NCBI GenBank assembly: GCA_039621445.1
Contig: CP154954.1
Location: 7,752,634 to 7,816,633, forward strand
Origin: Euglena gracilis
Taxonomy: Eukaryota
Direction of reading: 5' to 3'
Length of the DNA stretch: 64,000 bases
Shown: positions 50,801 through 59,800 of the stretch, in pieces
Layout: every line of letters starts with the position of its first letter
How positions within the stretch are numbered: position 1 is the first letter of the stretch
Translations under genes and position numbers: made by a program
The notes under the pieces: model-generated
The model's input: only the letters and a program-made list of their open reading frames with translations
What the model was told of the DNA's origin: nothing
The model's database searches: none

Positions 50801-53800
50801 GAAAGCACACACAATTCTCAGAATTGTCCTTCTCAGATCAAACATTTCTACCGCCCAAGCCGAAATTGGAAACACAATCACTCTTACCCCCCCCCCCCCT
50901 AGTCGTATGACCACCCCTCATTTATGACCACCCCCCGGTCACAGGTTGCAGGTCATGGGGGTGTTATGACCACCCCCCCCCCCCCGGTCACAGGTTGCAG
51001 GTTGCGAAAAATTTAACACCACCTTACCTATGACCGCCACCACATTTATGACCACCCCCCGGTCACAGGTTGCAGGTTATGGGGGTGTTATGACCACCCC
51101 CCCCCCCCCCCGGTCACAGGTTGCAGGAACCCGGTCATACGACTAGGGGGGGGGGTAGGTGGCCGGATTCGCATTTAAGCTTTTTTGTGTTGGTTTGCGC
51201 ATTTCCGCAAATTACCAAAACTTTTTTATATCGGCTGTGTGGCTCTGGGGGGTCTGAAAACACAGCAACAAGAGAGTGCAAAAAATGATCGAAATTCTGT
51301 TTTTGGCGGTGTGACCCCTGGGACTTTGGTGAGAAATGGTGTTTTTGGGGGTCCAGAAATGGGCTCCGCACGTCGAAACCCGCGGGACCTTCCCCCCCCC
51401 CTCATGGGAGTGAAAAAAAACGCAAAACAGCAACACAGGAATGGGACCTTTACTGCTGTTGTTGCTCCTATCCAGGCAAGGACAGGACAGCCACCAGATC
51501 CCACCGGATCCCACCGGATCTGCAGATTCGGTGACCATTGGTACAGATCTGGTAACAAAACCAGATGATTTGGGCCAAAAACACCTGAAAATGACCAACA
51601 TTCACTCAGAATGCTGGTTCATTGCAATTTTATAATCGATGGGCGCAGGTGTTTTTCTCTCATTCAGTCATTTTTGGTTGTGCCTGATTCTTGCCACGTG
51701 GTGCGATGCACGCGGTGCCGGCAGGGATTTTTTTTTCGGCGCCTCCCCCCCTCCCCCCGGGGTCCAAGTTTTAAAAACCCCCTGGGTGCCGCACGCGGTG
51801 TGAAACACGCGGTGCGGAAGCCACCCACCCACCCCCTGGGGGGGGGGGGCTCAGGGGACCCTTGTCTCGTAATGATTGAATATTTGTGTGCGAAAGGACA
51901 TTGTGCAAGTGGTTAACGATTGTATCACCTTGCTACTGAGCTAAAATGCAATAAATCAATAAAAAAACAACAGACAAGCAAAAAATCCAGACGAAAGCAA
52001 GTCATTTGAAATCCAGTAAAGTGTTGGAAGAATTACAGCAAATTTCTGTAGGAGGCAACATGCAATGGTCCGTTTGACAATTTTACGAAGCCAGAGGTTC
52101 GATGCGTCGCTTTGAGGCCAAAGTTTGTCTGGGGAAGATATTCCCTCAAAGTTGTTCTTCTCTTTCCGAAGAGACATCATCCACTTTCCATCCACCGTTT
52201 GATCAATGATGCGCATTAATGGTTTCAACTTGGGAGAAGGGCATGTTGCAATGCTTTTTTTTTGAACCCCCAAGGCTCCTGCCACAAACGCCAGCACAGA
52301 ATTGAAAATCTGGTGGTGTGAGCAGCCCCCACTCCCCACCCCCTCCCCATTCCTTGTTTTTCCCACGGTGCCGATTGTTAGGTGAAGGTGTTCTTTCGAT
52401 GCCGAAGAATTCCCCCCCCCCCCATGAGGTGGATCGGGGGAGTGTCCCCCACTTCCTGGTGGGTGTGGGTTGAACCCACAGCCATGCCAACGTTGGTCGA
52501 CCCGCCCACCCTCTTGGTGGCAGTGCTCATTGAAACGGGTGGGGACGCCAGTGGGAGGGGAATACCCTCTTATCTCAATTGGATGGGGAACCGGCGGGGA
52601 AAGGAGTTGCTTGGCGCGGACCCTTGTGGTGGCTGGGGTGGTCAACACCCTCTCCGACACGATGCTCACGGGCAGGCAGCTTTTTCGCCAGAGGTAGGTG
52701 GGCCACAGGACCAAAGGTTCATAGGTTCATTCAACACCTGTGGTGACCCTCCGGGGGGGATGGGTGGGTTTTTGAGATTGGGTGGGTGGGTGGGTTGGGA
52801 CCGCTGGACCCCCCCCCCCCCAGGGGAGGGGGTGTCCTGTGCCATGGGTCAGATTTTGGCCCGGCCAAAGGCCAGGCCAAACAAATTTTCGGGGGTTTTC
52901 GGCCGATTTTGGCTGGATTTTGGGTGGGTGGGTCAATGGTTGACCCCCCCCCCCCCTGGGGGGTTGTGGGTGGGGGGGTTTTGAAAACAGTGGGTGGGCG
53001 GGTTTGGGCCCAGGGTCCCTCGCGGGGGGGGGGTCACCAAGGTAATCCATGAATCTGACCCTCCAGATTCAATGACGCCATTGGGCTAAAATTGCCTGTG
53101 TGCAGGACTGTGCTACATCTCAGTGGTGTGGCACCTCGTGGGCTGCATCTTGATCATTGCGCTCATGAACTGCTATGCTCCAACCCACAAGTCGGTGTCG
53201 TATGAGAGTACAACAATTCTACTGGTTTCACACCCAAGCAGCAACTTCATTGGCTCCAAAACGGGCCTTTGCTTGAGAACTCCATTGGGGTCCACTCCAA
53301 GGGGGTCCATTGTCTGATATGTGCATTTGCTTTGCATTTTGCAGGTTTTTTGTTACAATGTCACAAGCACAAGCCACACGCACCATCCACTCTCGACATC
53401 CGCATGGTTACTATCCAATTTTGAAATCATGAATGCATTCACCATTTTACCATTATGACAAAAAAATCTTTCAGAAAAATTCTCTGCGAACCAGAGGGAA
53501 GGCTGCACCCCCAGCGCAGTCCTTACAAAAAATTCCGTCCCAGCATCTTCAATGGAAAATCCACAAAAAAGGTGCAAAAAATGGTCATATTCTGGAGGAA
53601 AAAAATGGGTCGATTTTGGGGGAGCACTTCTTTCTGGCGCACCTGGACCTTCGCCCATCCACCCAAGACGGCAGAAAAAGTGTTTTTTTTACTTTTTTTA
53701 TATTTCCGACACCGTCCGACGCCCGGAGAAGCCATTGGCTGTCCCGGCGGTGCTTAAAGGGAGGTCCTCTACGGGACTTCCCTGTGCACTCCTGGGGGAT

Positions 53801-56800
53801 GCTTTGGGAAGGTAAGTGGGGAGGGGCAGTGCTATGGCACACTTTGGCGGCGATGCCTTAAAATTGATCCCTCCCTGGAGGGTGTGCCTGCAATGGGCAG
53901 GCACCCGGGAGCACAAGGACTTGTTGGTTGTTGAAAAAGTTGTAAAAAAGAATCCTGCAAGTCCCCTTGCTGGGCGTCCTGTTGCGAAATTCAATTAAAA
54001 ATAATACAACAGATATAGAACCTTGTAATATAAATAAAAAAGAATAATAATGTAAATATCTCATAAAAATAAAATAAAAACTTATGAATAAAAATAAATT
54101 GTAAAGAAATGCAGAACGAGACCGCATGCTTTGATTCATGGGTTTGGAGATCACCTTCAAAAACGTCCAATGTCCTGGGTAGAGTTATGAGAGTTGTGAG
54201 TTTCCTCTGCTACGTGAGAGGCTGTGTCGTAGCCTGTGAATGTGGTGGAGGCAGCAAGCAAGCCAATCAGCCCAACATAAATATTTGATGGACACAAGCA
54301 GAAACACTTCAAAAAAAATTGTGTCTGGTGACAAAAACTGTTCGGATAACTTTATAAAAAAACAAATCAATATTTCATTAGAATAACATGAGTATGAGTC
54401 CATGAGTATGTGAAGAGAATTCCGAAATGTCCATCTATGACCAAGCTCATCAATTTCATATGTAATTCGCAATTTGGGATTTGGGAGTGCGTTTTGACAT
54501 TGAACTCATTTCCCACACTTGATTGTCCCCATTGCAGGCTGGGTGGTTCAACTGGTTCCTAAAGACCCCCCTCCCATCCAACACAGATGATGGCACAAAT
54601 GATCCAACTACCTGGGGGCCCCTTCCCAAACGATCCTGTTTGACCCCACCCCAAAGACTGAGCCCCTCCAAATACCCAAAATATGAACTAATTTGATGTT
54701 TAAGAACCCAACTGTCCAACAAAAGTTTCAAAAAATCATTGAATCCACGTTTTGAGCACATTTTACAACGATCCAATTGCAAGTTTTTTTGTCAATGTTA
54801 GAACCCCCCCTGAAGTTGTTGGTCCAGGTCAAAACAATTCAGGCGGTGCAGTTTCCGGGGGGGGGGGATTCTGAACCCCCCTTCCCCACTCTTACGCAGC
54901 CGAATTCACACTTAAGCTTTTTTGTGGGCTTTTGTGGGCTCTTTTTGCACCACCATGCAAATGAACACAAAGAAAATTATTGTGGCCTTGGGGACTTTGA
55001 AGTCACGAGGGCGAAAAATGAGCAAATTCCTGTTTTTGGGGAAACAGGGACCTGGGGGTTTCGTAAAAAAACGGCAATGCGCGCCTTAGTGCCCATGCAC
55101 AAAGAAAAAACCCTTAAGTGCGAATTCGGCCGCCTGAGCCATTGCTGGTGTCCATTCTATTCCCAATGATCCACCCCCATTGTGGCAATCCTGGCAACCA
55201 CCAGATTGCTGAAATCCAACCGTTCTGTTCCACCCCCCTTGCCATGATCGGTTCGGTGATCAACTGCCTTGTGCTGGCCAGGCTTCTCTTAAGCCCCACC
55301 ATGTGATGTGCAGCCGCTCAGGAAACTGTTGTGCACACAGTACGCCACCAGAAAAGTTTTTTTGATTAGGTGCCCTGGTGCCATGTTTTGCTGAGAATTG
55401 TTTCTCTTTGCTCCTCCCACAGGGTTTTTTGCATCAACGACGCCATATATCTGTTTTCGGGACCCAGGGGCTGATTGCTGGGGGCTGGGCGAGAAATTTG
55501 GGCTGCTGGCAACCTGGGGATGAAACCCCTGGCCATCGCGCTAAAACAAGCACAGAGCAGCATCGTCTTGTATTCTGATTTCGAAATTGTTTGGGTCTTT
55601 TGCTTTTTTTTCTTCGATTTTCGGGTATTTCTCCCCTTTTGGCACCCCAAACACAACCCTGTGACAAAGGTAGATTCCAACTGTGCTTGCCTTTCTGCCA
55701 GTTAACCCGCCGGGATCGTTCCAGGTGGGGCTGCACTCAGCGAAACGGAAGCCTGGGGGCCAGGGGTCATCTTCATCCTGGGCCTGAACTTCGCCATCCA
55801 GGATATGGAGCAGGGCGTTCGTCGCTGGTGTCGAAGGCCCCCCAGCCCCAGGGCCGGGTTCAATATGAGGGCAGGATGTCCAGGATCAAGGAGGGGGGCT
55901 TCCTTGGCTGCTTTTTTTTTTTCAACTCGGTTGACCCCCTGGGGAAGTGTCGCGCCAGGAGATTGCCTTTTTTTTGTAATTGGCAGTTTTGGGGGAGTTT
56001 TCCGTGGTTTTTTTTTTAGATGGGTTGACCCTGGGTTGAGCTCAGTTCCAGCTGGGAGACTCCCAGGGGTGGGGTTGTTAAGTGATGCCATGCCCCCCCA
56101 GGGGTTTTTTTTAGTTGTGGACCCCCGGGGAGGGGGGTTGGATATACTTTTCGGCGCAGAAGGCGCCGAAATTTTTTGAAAAGTGCTATTTTTAGCATTT
56201 TTCGCAATTTTTCGGCCATTTTTTTGTGGGTCCCCTGGGACCCCCCCCCCCCCCCCCCGGGCCCCCCAGGGGGTGGATGGGTGGGGGGGCCCCCCTCCCC
56301 CCCGGTCTTAAGAAAAACCCCTGGGGGGCCGCCAGGCATTACATTAAACCCTACTGGGGAGAGGAGGGGGTCCAGCCAGCAGCTTTTCCAGCCTCTGAGC
56401 TGGACCCCCCCCCCCCCCAGGGGTCGGCAAGCGACGCCCTGGTGCAGATGACCTCACGAATTCGGACAATGCGGAGGGCGCTGCCAGCACCCTCTGGGTC
56501 TCCCTCATGGGGGTCCCCCTCGCCGTGCTGTGCAACGTCATCACGTTCGTGGCCATCGAGTGCAGTAATTGTGCCAACCTTACTTCTGCCGCTCGCATGG
56601 TGTGCGGCCGATGTACTGTTGTGTTTTTCCCAGTCAGCTTTTATGATTGCAGTTCTGGTGATGAAAGCATGTCGAACCACGAAGTTGGATCACGTCCGGG
56701 GCAGAGGGAAAAGCTGGCATCCTTTTGGCCCCAGCGACATAGAAATCGGAAGGCAAATGTTTGCTATTAAAAGGCAAATGTTTGCTTTGCAGTATGTGGC

Positions 56801-59800
56801 CAGCCTCGCCCTCCTGTGCCATCCACTGTTTTTGCAGTTTATTTTTTGCAATTTTTTTTTGCTCCAGGCAGCTGTTCTGTGCCCCGCTGCAGGTCTATTC
56901 TTTCTCCCGCGACGGCGCCTTGCCGCTGTCCCGGTTCTGGTACCACGTCAATCGGCGGACGGGCTCCCCCGTCCGGGCCATCGTCCTGTGTGTCGTCATC
57001 TCCTTCCTCGTCGGTGTGCCTGGCCTCGCCAACGACACCGTGCTCGGCGCGCTGTTTTCTCTAACGGCCACCGGTCTGTGCTGGGGTCTGCTGGCTGCCT
57101 CGGCTGCTGACATTGTGCGACATATGGACAGATATTATATATGTATATATATCTGCCCATACGACAGATATATGACAGATGGAAGAATGCTGGCTGCTCT
57201 GGGGGCAGCATTTTTCCAGATTGCTTGCAAATCTTTGCTTTTCAGTTCCAGTCAGAAATGAGCCCTTTGCAAAGTCGCCGTGTTCTTTGCGCCGGAGCCC
57301 AGTCCTCGTTGGCCTCCTACATCATCGCCATCTTTCTGCGAATCACGGTGAGCCGCCCAGAGGTTTCTTTTCCGGTAATGTTCAGTAGGAAGAGGAGGCA
57401 AAGAAACCCCTGGAGCGGGCACACGTTCGTACCAGCTGAGTTCAACCTCAGCCAGGGGTTGCCACCTTGAGCGGTGAGCATTTAATCATTTAGTCACTGG
57501 CTGACCCAGCAGTGATTGGGACTGGCTTTTCAGAGTGAACGACTGGTTTCTGGCCCTAATCCCACCCCTGGGGGGTTGGGAAAAAACCACTGAAGTCACC
57601 CTGCACCGAAGGCACCAGGAAAAAACCTTTTTGGGTTGTTTTTTTTTTTTCACATTTTCGCTCATTTTCCCCTCGGCTTCCAGAGTGTCTTCCAAGGAAT
57701 AAAAGACTGACTGGTTTTTGGAAGAGTGGAACCCGGGGGTCAGTGATGGGAAATTGCATGGCTGTGAGTGGATGCTCCACGCTCCTGGTCCCAGAAAATT
57801 TGGAATCCTCACTTTTGGTTACCTGGAGCCTCCAGGGAGGCTCCCTGGAGGCTGGTTACCTGAGCCTCCCTGGTTACCCGAGGAGCCTCCCTGGAGCCTC
57901 CGGCAGGTAACCGATTTTGTACACAGGCCATGTTCGACACTCCATTTCTGCATCACAGCACCACAGCACAGAGCACGCACACCTGTCTCTTGTGACCTCA
58001 ATGGCACCTGCATGGCAATTGCATGTGGACAGTTTTGCGCATTTCTGGAGAAGTCCGTCCCTGTGGCAGTGCTTTCCGTTTGAAAACATCGCATTCATGT
58101 CATCATTCATTTATTTATATGCTTACACACACAAATCAAGTGTCGGTTGCATTGTGCGCATCCTCTTTCGCAGCTTCTTTTGTCTTGCAATGGCCACTGA
58201 GGCGCCTGCTGCCAAGCGGGTTCGGATGGCCGACGGACAGGTGTGTGCTGCGGAAAGGGTGGTGGGGGCAGACGTTGCCTCGCCTCAAGACATAGCACAA
58301 TTGGGGTGCCATTGTCGGTGTGGGCCAGTGAAACTGTTGTGGTGTTTGTGGCTATATCACCAGCAACAATGGCCACCTGTGGCGACACGTTGAAGGGTTT
58401 CTTATCCATGTTTCAAAAAAATGGGAACCGCCTTGGACCTCGACACCACCCTGCACCTGGACGTGCGTCATCTGATGGTCCATGAAACACACACTGGTCT
58501 GCTGTAGCCTGAGCACATCAAGAACGTCTGGACCTTCTATTGCGGTGCCAGTGCTGATTATTTGCCTTTCGTCAAACTCCTGCAGACCACTCCCCAGGGA
58601 CAAACATCTGTGAGTCCTTCCATGCGCAACTGTGCGAGCATCATGGACTGACGGGTCGGAAGGACTTGGACAAAAACACCATGTGGTTGGACCTGATCGT
58701 GCGCTCGTGGAATACTCCATCTTGGAGTTCCCAATGACTCCGGCTGCCATGGACACATGAGGCCCTGAACCACAACAGGTGCAACGTCTCTGCACGGTAC
58801 GGGGGGGGAGTCTGGTCAATTTTGCCAACCTTGTCATGGGAAGATTCTGGAACATTCCACGCTGGATCGCCATTTCCAAGCTGGGAAACGCCCGCACTGC
58901 AGCATGGGTGACCCATGTGCTGCGGGCTCTGCTGAAGGACATGCATCGTACAGCTCTGCAGAAAGGAACAACCACAGAAGCCCTGCTGGTTAATTTCAGC
59001 CAATTGACCCGGGAGGAGACCACGGCCGAAGACGCGGACTCCGAGGGGACTGATGGCTCTGAATCCATTGTGTCCCTACCAAACTAATACCTCACACCTA
59101 TATACGCTATACACACCCTATCTTCTTCCGGTCACAGGAAACTCAACGGTGCAGTCTCCTGCACAATTGCGTGCCACTTGCGTCGGTGGAGTTTGATATG
59201 TCCCCCCAGCCAGTGTTTGCAACCCCAACAGACAACGCCCCAATACTTCCCCTCCGGAAGCGCCGAAGGCTGCGGGATTTGGTGTTACAGGACGTGATAC
59301 AACCACCAGCTCAACACACTGACAGTGTGCAGGAACAGCCACCCATCCCCCCTCCCAAGAGTGACCAGAAGAAGCGTAAGCAGAAGCGCCCCGTCAATGG
59401 CTCCGAGGTCTCCTTCAGCGGAGTCCATATCCATTGTCGAAATCGCGGTCGGGGGAGTTGCTCTCTGTGGGTGTTCATTTCATTCAAAGCATTAACACAG
59501 GATGTATATGATGAAAGCATATGCACCGTCCGCCAATTTTTCGGTTTCATGACATGAAAGGCGAAGTCTGCTGCAGTTGCATCACACCGTTTACCTGTCG
59601 ACAGCTGACGCGTTGTTGGCCAAAATTTGTCCACACAAATGATTTTGTTATTGCGGAGCGGGGGGAGGGGGGGGTGAGGGGTAGGGGGGTTGGGGGAGCG
59701 AGGGAAAGGGGGGGGCCGCAGGCCCCCCCTTTCCACCGCTCCCCTCCCCCCCCCTCCCTGGTGAGCAACTGCTGATTCATGCATTCCGAGTCTGCAAGCA

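Larger units (their letters stand above)
50557..52618 (+). other. Nonconventional intron
   Basis: accCAAgc ... gcTTGgcgcg. Removal restores IYAA|TLVVAG. Confidence 0.8.

Noticed and set aside
51956-52984. 252-aa and 200-aa ORFs
   Set aside because: No domain. They overlap a real 51-nt permease exon in another frame or strand and intronic repeats.
53581-53610. GHILEEK as the missing H.AEET exon
   Set aside because: The surrounding sequence lacks the hydrophobic helix and GYD motif and lies in repeat-like DNA.
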